From Chloropicon primus (taxonomy: Eukaryota): a DNA stretch of 64,000 bases. Under the pieces are notes generated by a model. The model ran no database searches. It saw only the letters and a program-made list of their open reading frames with translations, and was not told the origin of the DNA. Position 1 is the stretch's first letter, and the number at the start of each line of letters is the position of its first letter. Of this stretch, positions 1 to 11,689 are shown in pieces. Location: positions 434,001-498,000 of the forward strand of contig CP060762.1 in assembly GCA_023205875.1 (NCBI GenBank), read 5' to 3'. The position numbers were made by a program, and so were the translations under genes.

Positions 1-238
1 CGAAGAAGAACGGCACAACGGACAGGTCGGACGACCCGAGCCAAGGAACGCCAAGTGCGCGCGCACAAGATGATGGCACAGAGGACCGAAGAGTGAGAGT
101 GAGAGTGAGAGTGATGATCATGATTGGAGCTACAACCTATAACGCTTGTATATCCAGGCTTGTATGCTGTGTGCAAAGCAATCTCCCTTGTTGCGCGACG
201 AACCCGAGCGTTAATTCTCACTCCGCCATGTCGTGTCA

Positions 239-254
239 TTAGGGTTTAGGGTTT
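239..254 (-). promoter_or_regulatory. Telo-box-like (AAACCCTA x2) interstitial motif
   Basis: TTAGGGTTTAGGGTTT about 215 nt upstream of the SMT ATG; function not shown. Confidence 0.3.
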
Positions 255-469
255 TCCCCCGTTGAAATCACTGTTCGGGTAACGGACGAGGGGCGTGACA
301 AGAGAGGGAGCGGAGAGCGAGACGAGCCAGAGCAACACGACGAGGCGAAGTGCGCGCGCAGAGGCGAAGGGGTCTGTCTTCGATCGATCGAAGGCTTCAC
401 GAGGACTCGTGGGTTTCCTTTTTTTTTTTTTTTGTGGCGCCAACTTGAACTGAATTGAGTGGGGAAGGC

Positions 470-1657
470 ATGAAGCGAAAGTGTTCTTCTTCTCCGACGA
501 CGACGACGACGATCGAGGGGAAGAGTGGGAACGGGATGGAGGCGGAGGTCGCCGTGACGGAGGCGGAGGTGAGGGAGGACATCAGCCCGCACGACGCCGG
601 GACGAAGGTGCCTGTGCCTCCCTCGTCGTCGCCTGCCTCGCCCGACTCGAAGAAGAAGAAGAGGTGGTGGAAGTTCCTGGAGAGGTTCGGGGGCTTGACG
701 CGATCGGACGTGAAGAGCGAGTGGAACGATTACGACGCGACGTTCACGCAAAAGGACGGGAAGGGGATCACGGACAAGGAGCACACCAAGGACGGAGTGG
801 AGAAGTTCTACAACCTCGTAACCGACATTTACGAGTGGGGCTGGGGACCAAGCTTCCACTTCTCTCCCAGGCTGAGGGGCAAAGGAATTGCGGAGTCTTC
901 CGCGGCCCACGAGACGAGGATCGCGGACAACTTGGGCCTGAAGCCGGGGACGATGGCCCTGGACGTGGGCTGCGGCATCGGGGGGCCCCTCATCACGATC
1001 GCGTCGCACAGCGGGGCCAAGGTGGTGGGCGTGACCATCAACAAGTACCAGGTCGAGAGGTGCAAGGCCCGCGCCATCAAGGCTGGCTTGAAGTATAAGG
1101 AGGACTTCGACGTCGTTCAGGGGAACTTCTTGGACCTTCAGTTCGCGGAGAGCTCGATAGACAACGCGTATGCCATCGAGGCGACGTGCCACTCGCCGGA
1201 CCTTGAGAAGGCGTACAGCGAGATCTTCAGAGTCTTGAAGCCCGGCGGAAAATTCGTGAATTACGAGTGGGTCTCGACCTCTGTGTACGATCCGAAGAAC
1301 CCGGACCACGTCAGGTGCATCGATGAGATCAACTACGCCAACGCTCTCCCGGAGATGCGCAGGTACTATGAGATCGCCGAGGTCGCGAGGAAGGTCGGGT
1401 TCGAGGTTCTCGTGGAGAGGGACCTGGCCGTGACCACCAACGCTGGCAATTGGTGGGAGATCCTCAAAAAGAGCATGAAGAAGTACAAGCTCAACGACAT
1501 TATTATTAAGACTCTTTCGTTCTTGAGGATCCTCCCAAAGGAGACCAAGGACGTCCACAAGATGCTTTACGGCGTCCTCGGCACGTTCATCGAGGGTGGT
1601 GAGATGGGCATCTTTTCGCCGATGTACATGGTCGTCCTCCAGAAACCAGAAGCTTGA
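470..1657 (+). CDS. SMT1: Sterol 24-C-methyltransferase (SAM-dependent)
   Basis: FYNLVTDIYEWGWGPSFHF, LDVGCGIGGP, YAIEATCHSP and terminal IFSPMY motifs; first ATG at 470. Confidence 0.92.
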   Translation: MKRKCSSSPTTTTTIEGKSGNGMEAEVAVTEAEVREDISPHDAGTKVPVPPSSSPASPDSKKKKRWWKFLERFGGLTRSDVKSEWNDYDATFTQKDGKGITDKEHTKDGVEKFYNLVTDIYEWGWGPSFHFSPRLRGKGIAESSAAHETRIADNLGLKPGTMALDVGCGIGGPLITIASHSGAKVVGVTINKYQVERCKARAIKAGLKYKEDFDVVQGNFLDLQFAESSIDNAYAIEATCHSPDLEKAYSEIFRVLKPGGKFVNYEWVSTSVYDPKNPDHVRCIDEINYANALPEMRRYYEIAEVARKVGFEVLVERDLAVTTNAGNWWEILKKSMKKYKLNDIIIKTLSFLRILPKETKDVHKMLYGVLGTFIEGGEMGIFSPMYMVVLQKPEA

Positions 1658-1810
1658 GCGGACCCGGGGACGCGATTCCACAACCAAGGCACAATCAGGC
1701 AAAGAGAGAGAGAGAGAGCCCTGCCTTGCCCCCCCCAAACCTGTAATCGATTTTTTTTGCTCCACCAGAAAATAGAAGAAATCATTTTTTTTGGCTCGAC
1801 GACGACGGCC

Positions 1811-3500
1811 ATGTCGTCGACGTTACTCGAGCGCACTCGAGGTAAGCGCAACCGAGGCAGAGGAAGCCATGCTCGGCTTCCCCTCTTCCTCCTCGTTCCC
1901 TCTCCCTTGGTCTCGAAGCTGACGGCTCGTTTCGGCTCGTTTCTCTCTCTCTCTCTCTGTCTCTCTCTGTGCAGCTCTGCATGAAGAGATCGAGCGAAGC
2001 GAACGGCTTGTTGCCAAGGACTTCCACACGGATGCGAAGTCCCACACGAGTCGCCTTGCGCAGAACCACCGCGTGTTCCAGTGCGTGGACGGGATTAGGA
2101 AACGGTCGAGGGATCTGTTGACAATATACGACGATGAGGATGGCTCCAGGAAGGATGAACTGGAAGGCATGGCGGCCGAGAACCAGGAGGTGTACAGTTT
2201 GTTTTACGAGCGCCTCAAGGAAGCGAGGGACTACCACAGGAGGCATCCGGACTTGGAGCTCGCGAGCGTCGACAAGGATGAGGAAGAGTTTCTCAAGTCG
2301 AGGCCCCGTGTCGACTTCAGCGGTGAAGAAGCCCAAGGGAGATTCTTGGACCTCCACGACGTCCACCGTTCGTTCACGAACGCTCCAAAGTTCGGGAACA
2401 AGGATTTGTCTTACCTTGACTTCCTCGGCATGTTTTGTGACTTCAGGTCGATCCCAAAGCCCTCCAAACTGAACCAGGAGTACAAGGCTTACCTGGAGGA
2501 CCTTGACGAGTATCTGGTTGGCTTCTACGGGCGGTCGCAGCCGCTGGCGTCCCTCGGTGCTCCCCTGGCTGCCGTGGAGAAAGAGTTCGACGAGATGTGG
2601 GAGAGGGGCGAGGTGGAGGACTGGGAGGACAAAGGCCTCGGCGCCTCCACGAGCCAAGTGAAGGACAACCCCAAGCTGATCGATCTGGAAGACTTCGAGT
2701 CCGCGGGAGACCTGGAGGCAGTGGGCGGGGACAGGATCAAGGAGGCCCTCGTCGCACTGGGCCTCAAAGCCGGGGGGTCACTCTCCCAGAAGGCGGAGAG
2801 GTTGATGGCAACGAAGGGAAAGGCCCTCGAGGAGTTGGACAGGAAACTTTTCGCGAAGGGCAAGAAGCCCGTCAGAAACGCGGAGGAAGCCCAGAGGAGG
2901 CTGTCCCTGAGCAAGGCCATTGCTTTGCTGGAATGCAGGATCCGGGCCCTGATGCAGCTGATGGAAAAGACCCTGAGCGACACGAAGAAGCAGGTGGAGA
3001 AGAAAGCAACCAGCACGTACGAGGAGCTGGTCGCGGACATGGAGGAGCTGCAAGACAGGGGTCAGGGAGACGACCAGGGAGGCGATGGAACGGACAACGA
3101 GGACGACGAGAACGACAACATCATTTACAACCCCCTGAATATCCCCGTGGGCTTCGATGGCAAGCCCATCCCTTACTGGCTTTACAAGCTCCATGGCCTG
3201 AACCAGGAGTTCAAGTGCGAGATATGCGGCAACTTTTCGTATTGGGGAAGGAGGGCGTTCGAGAAGCACTTCAACGAGGCGAGGCACCTGCACGGCATGA
3301 AGTGCCTTGGGATTCCGAACTCGAAGATCTTCAGCGAGGTCACCAAGATTGACGAGGCTTACGCTTTGTGGGAGAACATGAAGAAGAAGAACAGCGCGGT
3401 TGGTTTCACCCAAGACGAGGACGAGGAGTTTGAGGACGCCGATGGAAATGTCTACAATAAGAAAACGTACATTGATCTGCAGAGACAGGGGCTCCTGTAG
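1811..3500 (+). CDS. SF3A3: Splicing factor 3A subunit 3 (Prp9); exons 1811-1841, 1975-3500
   Basis: Splicing the GTAAG..GCAG intron gives MSSTLLERTRALHEEIER; PIPYWLYKLHGL and CEICGN zinc finger; ends DLQRQGLL. Confidence 0.95.
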
Positions 3501-3624
3501 AGGCGACGAGAACGAACAACGTGTGCCTTTGCGATGATCCTTTTAGTACTAAAATAACTTTACTCTGAGCCTCTTGCGAGGAAGATGCCAACAACAAACG
3601 AAAAGAAAAGCAGGCTGCGCGTTC

Positions 3625-3945
3625 CTACGGAGTATGGAACTCCTCGTTTTCTTCTTCGTCGGCCTGATCTTCCTCGAATACTTCGTCCCCGTGAACAAAC
3701 TCGTGGGCCTCGTCTCCATCCTCGTCCCGCTTCAATGCCCCGAAGTACCATCCAAAGCCCTGGACACCCCCGCCCCGGCCAGGAGAGTCCGTCAACAAAG
3801 GTTGCCGACGTTGGTACCTCTGCTGCTTCCTGGGGCCTCCAGCGTCGTCCTCGTCCTCGTCTCCGTGACGCCGCCCGCTCCCCCTCTGCCCCTTCACCTT
3901 GTCCTTCCCCGTGATGAAGTCGGATATCTTCTTGAAGAAGTTCAT
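3625..3945 (-). CDS. Small protein, TUSC2/FUS1-like
   Basis: 106 aa; GGGVQGFGWY...RDEDGDEAHEF resembles the TUSC2 core DEDGDLAHEF. Confidence 0.55.
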   Translation of the reverse strand: MNFFKKISDFITGKDKVKGQRGSGRRHGDEDEDDAGGPRKQQRYQRRQPLLTDSPGRGGGVQGFGWYFGALKRDEDGDEAHEFVHGDEVFEEDQADEEENEEFHTP

Positions 3946-4214
3946 ATCCTCAACCGCTACTTCTCTTCACTGGCTACCAATGACGTGATGCCCTCAGCTC
4001 ATGACTCCCACTCCCCTCTCTTCCTCCTCTCTCTCTCTCTCTCTGTTATCACTCAAACTACTTCTGTTGTGGTCGTGTAGGCTCTTAAAGTGTCGTCCCA
4101 AGCTCCCAACTCGCTGGTGTGGCTGCTTCCTCGCACCTTCTTCGGTCCCTTGGCACCTTGGGCACCTTGGGCACCCTCCTCTCTCTCTCTCTCTCTCTCT
4201 CTCAAGCTGCTGAC

Positions 4215-4393
4215 AACCCAGAAAAGCAAATCGATCGTTTCAGCGTCTTTCATCCTCATCCGTGCGTCGTTCCTTTCGAGAGAGAGGTCGTTGGAAAGAT
4301 CTAGACGTAAGGGTTCCTCTCCTGGACCTCCCTCCTCGTCCCGCCCTCCCCCTCGTGCTCCACGTCGTCCTGAAACTCACCTTTGTGCGCCTC
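4215..4393 (-). repeat. Dispersed intron-like repeat, copy A (short)
   Basis: Near-identical to about 27283-27461 and to the reverse complement of 17359-17536; on the minus strand reads AAAG|GTGAGT... toward a CAG. Confidence 0.9.
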
Positions 4394-4829
4394 GTCCTCG
4401 TCCTCGTCCTCTGAGTTGCTTCAGATTTTGGGCAGCAGACGAGCAGAGGAGAGGAGGCAGAGAGCAAAGGTGAGTGGCGCTTTGGATCGAGGATACGCGA
4501 CGAGAAGGAGGAGGTAGGCGAAGGTGGATTGGGCGTTCAGAAGCATCGTCTCTTCCTCTTTCGAAAGAGCCGTCGCTCGTAAGAAGAGGCGCTCTGATGG
4601 CGGAGCAAAGAGGACTGGAACTGAACGGCTTTGCTTTGAAGTTTTGCGAATCGCGAGAGGCCAAAGGCATTGGTCAGGCGTTAGGACGAGAGGGGAGAGG
4701 GATTGAGTCCCGGGGTGCGAGTTTCGAGCCCTTTCAATCGGCCAGGAGGGGGACCTCGCGGTCTCTTTTGTCGGCTGCGTCCGCTATCATAGTTTGATCC
4801 CACGAGCGAGGCGTTTTGGCATTGGAGAG

Positions 4830-5357
4830 ATGGCGTCGCTATTGGCCAGGGTGAGGACGCTTGCCGCGACGGGGTTGAGGTTGAGGTTGAGGCCGCTGCA
4901 GATGTCGAAGTTGGTTCCGTCGGAGGTGATGAGCTCCGGCGTCTTCTTTGGTGGTCTCGGCTCGACGCAGTTGCGCGGCTTGTCGTTTTTGAGGAGCAAG
5001 GTCCTTGCTCCACTAGGGGACAGGGCTTCTCCTTGGAGCAGGAGCAGTGCTGCGACGATGAGAGTGATGCCCTCTTCGGTTCATCCTCTCCGATGCACCG
5101 GGGTTGCTGAGCAAGTTCGAAGCATGGGATCCGCGGGAAAGAGCGGGAAGAAGATGAAGTCGTATTCGAGCTACAAGAAGCGCTTCAAGCTGAGTGCCTC
5201 GACCGGCATGTACACAAGAAGAAGGTGCGGTGCCGCTCACCTGATGACGAAGAAATCGAAGACGCAGAAGAGGAGGCTCCGGCTTAGCACCTCCACCCAT
5301 TCGGGTTACGCCAAAGTCATGCGCAGGCTTGGATTTAAGAAAACAAAGTTCAACTGA
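4830..5357 (+). CDS. RPL35: Organellar (probably mitochondrial) ribosomal protein bL35
   Basis: KMKSYSSYKKRFK...H LMTKKSKTQKRRL L35 signature after an Arg/Leu/Ser-rich presequence. Confidence 0.85.
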   Translation: MASLLARVRTLAATGLRLRLRPLQMSKLVPSEVMSSGVFFGGLGSTQLRGLSFLRSKVLAPLGDRASPWSRSSAATMRVMPSSVHPLRCTGVAEQVRSMGSAGKSGKKMKSYSSYKKRFKLSASTGMYTRRRCGAAHLMTKKSKTQKRRLRLSTSTHSGYAKVMRRLGFKKTKFN

Positions 5358-5565
5358 ACGACAAGCTTGTTGAGAGCCAGGGAAAAGACTGAAGGGCAAA
5401 GTACGCGCGTGCGTTTGCGTTCTGATGGGGGGGAAGCGACTGCGATTGCGACGATGCGAAGAGACGGTGGGGCTTTCTCTCTTTGAAAAAGCGAGTTTCC
5501 ACGATTCAAACTTTTTTTATCCTTAACTAGCTATACAAAGGTGCACGCCGCCTGACCCGCCACCA

Positions 5566-6873
5566 CTACAAATAGTAGTCACCCTGTCTGCTCTCGGCAC
5601 CAACTTCTTTGAGCCTCTTGAGCACCTTCGAGTAGTAGTCTTGCAGATACATCTCCAGAGTTGTTGTCTGGTTCGGGTCGACGCCGAGCTCGGCGTAGGT
5701 TTCCTCCATCGGGGCAACGAAGGACTCGTTCGACGACAGGACTTCGGCGAACGCCATCCTGTCCGTGACGTCGACAGTCCACTGGAAGAAGGAGGTGAGA
5801 ACCCTCGTTGCGGAGAGCCACCACATCGGAACCTTGGTGACTTTGGCGTCGGCCCCGGCGTACCTCTCGCACAAGCCGATCACCTGCTGGATCGTGAAGG
5901 CTTGGGGACCCGCAAAGGTCAGCACCCTCTTCTTGAGCTCCCCGGCGTCGTCCTGCTTGAGCGCCGCCAGGGTCAGCCTCGCCACATCTGTCGAGTCCAT
6001 GTAGGCGACCTTGGTCTGGTCGTCCGTTCCGTACACGCTCTTCTCCTCGAGAATCGGCACGGCGTACTGAGAGATAACAGCCTGCATGAACCCGCAGAGC
6101 CTGATCACGGTGTAGTCCAGACCGCTCTCCTCCAAGAACTTCTCCGTGCTCAGCTTGATGTTCATCAGGGGAACGTTGGTGTGCTTGTCGCAATTGAATA
6201 TCGAGAAGAAGATGTACTTTTGAATCTTCATCGCTTGGCACGTCTGTATGAGAGCGACCTTGCCCTCCCAATCCACCTTCTTCACGCTCTCCTCCGGCCT
6301 CCCCGTCGCGCAGTCGATCACCGTGTGCACCCCAACGAGCGCAGGGGGAAGCGTCTCCGGCTTCAAGAGGTCGCCATTCACCACGATGGCGCCCCAATCC
6401 CTCAGAAAGTCCGCTGGATTCTCCCTGGCACGCACAAGGCACCTCACCTCGTACCCATCGTCAAGAGCTCTCCTCACCACTTGCCTACCGAGCGTGCCGG
6501 TCGCTCCGACGACGAGAAGCGACGTTCGCTTCACGGGCGTCCCTCCGAGACCTGCAGTCGTCTCCGTCGCCTTGGCGTCTCCCGCTTCCCTCGACGCTTC
6601 GCTCGCCTCCGCCTTGGCCACGTGACGAAGATGATGATAACGGAACTTCCTGGCATTCTTCCCGACAACAACCTGCTTGGTTGACGTTGATGGTCTCGCA
6701 CAAGCCACGCCGGGGCGAGGAGACGAGGAGTGGCCGATCACCTGGGTGCTTCCGCTGCAAGAGCACCTCCCCCTCCCGCTTCCCAACCTCTTCCTCCACA
6801 CGTTCGTCGACATGTTTGGCCGCCGCTGCGCGCTCTCGGTCTGAGCCCAGGAATCGCTTAAATCTCTCTCCAT
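5566..6873 (-). CDS. HCF244: Ycf39/HCF244 atypical SDR, PSII assembly factor
   Basis: LVVGATGTLGRQVVRRALDDGYEVRCLVR, DFLRDWGA; N-terminal transit peptide; start may be 6813. Confidence 0.92.
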   Translation of the reverse strand: MERDLSDSWAQTESAQRRPNMSTNVWRKRLGSGRGRCSCSGSTQVIGHSSSPRPGVACARPSTSTKQVVVGKNARKFRYHHLRHVAKAEASEASREAGDAKATETTAGLGGTPVKRTSLLVVGATGTLGRQVVRRALDDGYEVRCLVRARENPADFLRDWGAIVVNGDLLKPETLPPALVGVHTVIDCATGRPEESVKKVDWEGKVALIQTCQAMKIQKYIFFSIFNCDKHTNVPLMNIKLSTEKFLEESGLDYTVIRLCGFMQAVISQYAVPILEEKSVYGTDDQTKVAYMDSTDVARLTLAALKQDDAGELKKRVLTFAGPQAFTIQQVIGLCERYAGADAKVTKVPMWWLSATRVLTSFFQWTVDVTDRMAFAEVLSSNESFVAPMEETYAELGVDPNQTTTLEMYLQDYYSKVLKRLKEVGAESRQGDYYL

Positions 6874-7402
6874 CCTTCGGTTCGTGGCTCACGATGATTT
6901 CTCTACAAGACGTTCACAACGTTGGACAACGCATAATGCTAATCGCTTGTTACGGTAATGAAATATGTGGACGTCACACAGAGAACGTTTGCATGCCTCC
7001 TTTGGTGCAAGAACAGAAGGCCAGAAGGCCGCCATGGACTCCTCGAAGGGCAAGGGCAAGTCCTCTCCCCTTCATCTCCTCATCCCCCCTTTCTCTTCCC
7101 CCCTTTCTCTTCCCCCCTTTCTCTTCCTCGTGGCTGGCCTGGGGGTTTCTCTTTGGTTGGAGTCAGAGTCCCCAACTCCAAGCAGGTTGTTGAGCGCCCT
7201 CGTCGAGGTCTAAACCATCATCGGGAGTGTGCTGGACGAAAGATCATCGTCTCTCAGCCTTTCGATTGACCCTTTCGAGCCACGCCCCCCGGTGCACCAC
7301 CACCTGTGCGCGGCAGATCAGATCAGATCGAGATCAAGATCAAGATCCCAGGCGTTACACAAGCCGTGTGTGTGTTGCTGTTGTTGGGGGAGGAGTCCAC
7401 TA

Positions 7403-9349
7403 CTAACTCTGCGCCTTCGCTCCTTGGCCGAGGCAACAGGTGAAGGCTTTGGGAAGGCCGAGCCACGAGAAGAGGCGAGGGGCTGCTCCGATCCCGCGCT
7501 CTCTCGCGGCGGCGCTCAGCTTGTAGCTCGCGATGTTGCCGTCCAGAGCGAGCATCCTGTCGAAGACCGCGGGCTTCGACTTTGGGGAATCGTGTAACGG
7601 GCGGCTCGGGTGGATCCAGGCCGGCTGATTCCGAACGCGGGCCCGGCACACAATTTGGGTGGAGGGCTCCACCCCCTTTGGCTTCCCCGCCAGGTCCCCC
7701 CGCAGCGACTTCACTTGTTCCTCCAACTGCGCGATTCTGCTCACGAGCGACGTCGCCGTCGTCGTCGTTTTGGCCCCGTCCGTGCCATTGCAGCCGTGCG
7801 GGCTCCCACCCGGCCCACGGAGACCCCACACTTCCTTCTCCAGGCCAGACATCCACGCTAACAGCGGCGGCTTCTCCTCCACGGCGTCCCACTCCCCCTC
7901 CTCCTCTTCCATCATCGCGGAGGGCGGGGAGGCGAGGCCTTGGGATCTCGAGGTCACAAAGGCGCCCTCGTCGTCGCTGTCCACGATCGTCTGCATCGAC
8001 TCCACCGTGTGAAGCTCGGACAGCTCCGCCTGCCTGAAGGTGGACTTGTAAATGTCTGGCTTGCCGTCGGCCCACTTCAGCATCTGCTGGGACCGGTAGA
8101 GGCCCAGCTGCTCCTTGGTGGTGATGCTCGGCGCGAGCTCGCTCCAGGGGCCGATGTCGTCGAATATGGTGTACTTGGAAGTTCCCCCGATGTTCTCCGG
8201 GATGCAACTTGGGTCGACGTACTCCAGGAGCTGGTCCATGTACCTGGTCCCGAGCACGGTGATTTTGGACTGCGTCCTGGGGCTCAGCATCGGCTTTATC
8301 ATGTTGAAGATCACCTTGAAGATGTACGGCGCGTTGATGATGATCATGTTCCCCATCATCTCCGGGTAGTTGTCCTGCACGAACCCGGTCACGCACTTCA
8401 TGATTCTTTGGGTCTCCTTGGTCAAGATCTTCAGGCTGATGCCTTTGACGTCCATGATGGTCAAGCTCGTCTCGATCAACTTCCCTGAAGCCTCGGAGCA
8501 AGCCGGCAGCTTCAAGTGCAAGAACTTCTCGTACTCCTGGATGAAGAGCTTCACGATGGTCTCCTCAGTGGCGAAGCTGAGAACCTTGTGCACGTTGATC
8601 CCCCCGAGGTACTGGATGTAGATGGGGCGGCCCTGCTTGTCGCACATATGGTAACCCTGCGGAAAGTACTCGAGGAGCTGGTCCCTCTCCGGAAATTCCT
8701 GGAACAGGATGTCGTCCACGCCCCACTCCTCGCGCCACTCGAGGTGCTTGAGGTACATCTCCGCCGCCCTGTCCACCTTGAAGTTCCTGGCCCTGAGGAA
8801 GCGCAGGAGCTTCTTCTCGTCCTCGAGGTGCTCCTTCCTCACCCTGGGCTTCCCCGCGAGCTCCTCCTGGAACTCGGCCAGGTACTCGCCCTCCTCCTCG
8901 TGCGTCAGGCCCCACGCGTTCAAGTCTTTGCCGTTCGCCGCCGCTCTCCCCGCCCTCCTCGGCCTCGTGGGAAGCCTCTTCGCGCCCAACTTCTTGAAAG
9001 AGAACTTGGAAAGCGAAGCGGAGAGCCGAGGGCTCTTCGGGCTCCTCGGGGTCGATGCCTTCTCGTCGTCCCCGTGCTCCGAGGACGACGACGCGTGGGC
9101 GGGCTCCTCCTGGTGGCTCCCCCTCTTCTTTCCCGGCACCTGAAGACTCTTGAGCACCCGCACCGAGTTCTTCAGGACCCTCCCGCCCTCAGCAACCCCT
9201 TTCCTCAACTTGGAACCCACTCCACCACCACCACCCTCCTCGCTTCCTTCCGCCTCCTCGTACCGCGTGGCGTCGCTCCCGGCCTCCTCCTCCCCCTCGC
9301 GATGATACGACGTACTCGGAGTCATGCCGCCAACCTTCTTGCCCTCCAT
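7403..9349 (-). CDS. Sec14/CRAL-TRIO phosphatidylinositol transfer protein
   Basis: LLRFLRARNF, DKQGRPIYI, QDNYPEMMG, IINAP motifs. Confidence 0.9.
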   Translation of the reverse strand: MEGKKVGGMTPSTSYHREGEEEAGSDATRYEEAEGSEEGGGGGVGSKLRKGVAEGGRVLKNSVRVLKSLQVPGKKRGSHQEEPAHASSSSEHGDDEKASTPRSPKSPRLSASLSKFSFKKLGAKRLPTRPRRAGRAAANGKDLNAWGLTHEEEGEYLAEFQEELAGKPRVRKEHLEDEKKLLRFLRARNFKVDRAAEMYLKHLEWREEWGVDDILFQEFPERDQLLEYFPQGYHMCDKQGRPIYIQYLGGINVHKVLSFATEETIVKLFIQEYEKFLHLKLPACSEASGKLIETSLTIMDVKGISLKILTKETQRIMKCVTGFVQDNYPEMMGNMIIINAPYIFKVIFNMIKPMLSPRTQSKITVLGTRYMDQLLEYVDPSCIPENIGGTSKYTIFDDIGPWSELAPSITTKEQLGLYRSQQMLKWADGKPDIYKSTFRQAELSELHTVESMQTIVDSDDEGAFVTSRSQGLASPPSAMMEEEEGEWDAVEEKPPLLAWMSGLEKEVWGLRGPGGSPHGCNGTDGAKTTTTATSLVSRIAQLEEQVKSLRGDLAGKPKGVEPSTQIVCRARVRNQPAWIHPSRPLHDSPKSKPAVFDRMLALDGNIASYKLSAAARERGIGAAPRLFSWLGLPKAFTCCLGQGAKAQS

Positions 9350-9795
9350 GGAGCCCCTTCCCTCTACAGCCTAAGTCCGTAACGCTCGACTACCTTTCGT
9401 AACGGCCGCCTCTCTCTCGCTCGCTCTCTCGCTTAATTGATACCTTGGGGAGCACGAATCATCTTCAGATGAGGAGCGATGGGATGTGAGACACAGAGAG
9501 AGAGAGAGTGGGGGGGGGGGGGGCAGGTCCGTGTGCACGTGTTTCGTGATGGACCTCCTCCTTCCGTCTGTCCATCCATTCCTCTATTCTATCTCTATCT
9601 ATCTGTCCATCATCATGATCTATTCTGTGTGTGCTTGAACGCATACCCCTGGCTCCCTGGTTCTTGGCCAGTGGGCAGCGAGGAGGGTATCGTCCTCATG
9701 GGCGCGGGGGGTCGAAGCTCAAAAATAGAGACCAGCTACATTACAAGGCGATATGACTTCTTCTTCTTCTTCTTCTCCATAATAAAACAAGTTCT

Positions 9796-10906
9796 TCAAG
9801 AGGTGAGTTCCTTGATGATTTCTTCGACCTCCTCCACAGGGTACAGCCTGAAAGTCGGCTTGACGCTCGCGATGTCCACGTTGGTCGAGGTGATCTTCTC
9901 CTCCATGACTTGCTTGAGGGTCTCCACGGCCAGCTTCTCGGCCTCCTTGAACGTCATGTCAGGCTTGTACTTCTCCTTGAGAGTCGACTGGGCCACCTCC
10001 GCGGCGCTGCCTATGGCCTTGGCCTCGCACTTGATGTAAGTCCCGCTAGGGTCGGTGTGATAAAGTCTTGGACCCTCCACAGTGTCCCAGCCCGCCATCA
10101 GGAGGGCGACTCCGAAGGGGCGACTCATCCCCCCCGCGTCCTCGTCCCCGTCCTCACCGAACTTGAGAGACAGGTCGCAGATGCTCTGCGTGCAAGACTC
10201 CACCGGGAAGGCCTCGTTGTACGTGAACCTGTCCAAAGGAAAGGAGAGACGGAGAGACAAAGCCCGAAGAGTTTCCGCGTCAGCCAACCCCACACAATAT
10301 CTCCCAACAAAGGATCTCGACGCCGCTGCTGCCGCCGAAAGCTCCAACCTCGCAGAAATGAAGTGACTCCCAAAGCACAAGAGATCTCTCGTGTGCGCGA
10401 AGAGCAAGAGCAAGAGCAAGTGCTGCACCCTCGTCTCGCTTCTTACCTGTGGTTCTGGCATTCTACCCTGGCATGCTCGACGAGCGTTCTGGCATCCGAA
10501 GTCAGTCCACTCGTGGCGCAACCCAAGTGATCGTCTATCTCCATGATCTTCTCCACGCTCGAAGGTATCAGCAACGTGGACGTCAACCGCTTCTCGACCG
10601 CGAGGACGACCCCTTCACTCGTCCTGATCCCGATCGCAGTCGTTCCCAACTGTAACGCACGAAACACCGCAGGAGAACAACCAACCAAACAAGCCGATGG
10701 AAAGCAAAAAAAGAAAGAAAGTGAGTCGGTCTCGTCCTCGATCGGGATACCCATCTCGAAGAGAAGAGATCAACAAGGAAGGTGAGAGGTATGGGATGGC
10801 GCGTTGTTACCTTGATCGCTTCGATGGCATACTCCACTTGGAAGATGCGTCCTTCGGGGCTGAAGCAGTTCACGCCCCTGTCGTACTCGTTCCTTGTCAT
10901 AAACAT
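9796..10906 (-). CDS. PSMA5: 20S proteasome subunit alpha-5; exons 10906-10811, 10649-10447, 10228-9796
   Basis: [58 protein letters not shown]; both GT-AG junctions keep the frame. Confidence 0.95.
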
Positions 10907-10913
10907 CGCGCCT

Positions 10914-10944
<31 letters not shown>

Positions 10945-10963
10945 CCTAAATCAAGGATCAACA

Positions 10964-11448
10964 ATCAACATCTTTGGCTGCTGCCTGGCTGGCCCACAAC
11001 AGGGGAGAGGCTTGGAGGCTACCAAGGTGGGGGAACTTGGATCATATCGCGTGTGACGGCTTGATCTTGATCTTCAGGTCGTCCTTGTTCCTTGTTCCTT
11101 GTTCCTTGTCCGGTATCTGCTTCAATCTTACCAACCTAGAGGCATCAACAACTTTGGCTGCTGCCTGGCTGGCCCACAACAGGGGAGAGGCTTGGAGGCT
11201 ACCAAGGTGGGAGAACTTGGATCACATCGCGTGTGACGGCTTGATCTTGATCTTCAGGTCGTCCTTGTTCCTTGTTCCTTGTCCGGTATCTGCTTCAATC
11301 TTACCAACCTAGAGGCATCAACAACTTTGGCTGCTGCCTGGCTGGCCCACAACAGGGGAGAGGCTTGGAGGCTACCAAGGTGGGAGAACTTGGATCACAT
11401 CGCGTGTGACGGCTTGATCTTGATCTTCAGGTCGTTTTTGTTCCTTGC
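10964..11448. repeat. Tandem repeat, about 2.7 copies, periods 180 and 173 bp
   Basis: TTGGCTGCTGCCTGGCTGGCCCACAAC recurs at 10974, 11154, 11327; near-identical units. Confidence 0.95.
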
Positions 11449-11689
11449 TTCTGCTTGTGTCTTGGGCACAAATCAAACGAGGGGGATCAACACATCAACA
11501 GGGTGCTTGGACAGCAGGCAGACAAAGACACTGTTGCGCTGCACAATGGATGGCTGCAGGGGGTGGCGGTGAAGGAAGAGGAGACCAGCTCGATTAAGAA
11601 AGGGATCCTGTCTTGAACTCTGGATACGGGTTCAGCCATCGCAGCGTCTCTGCTTCAATCTCCTCGCAAAGTTTGAGATCTTGAAAGGG

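Noticed and set aside
239..254. Chromosome telomere
   Set aside because: Only two repeat units, internal to the sequence
10964..11448. CRISPR-like array (also 55759-56254)
   Set aside because: Whole units repeat with no unique spacers; no cas genes; eukaryotic context
10974..11572. Repetitive ORFs within the tandem repeat
   Set aside because: Non-ATG starts, and the frame is broken by a 7-nt indel
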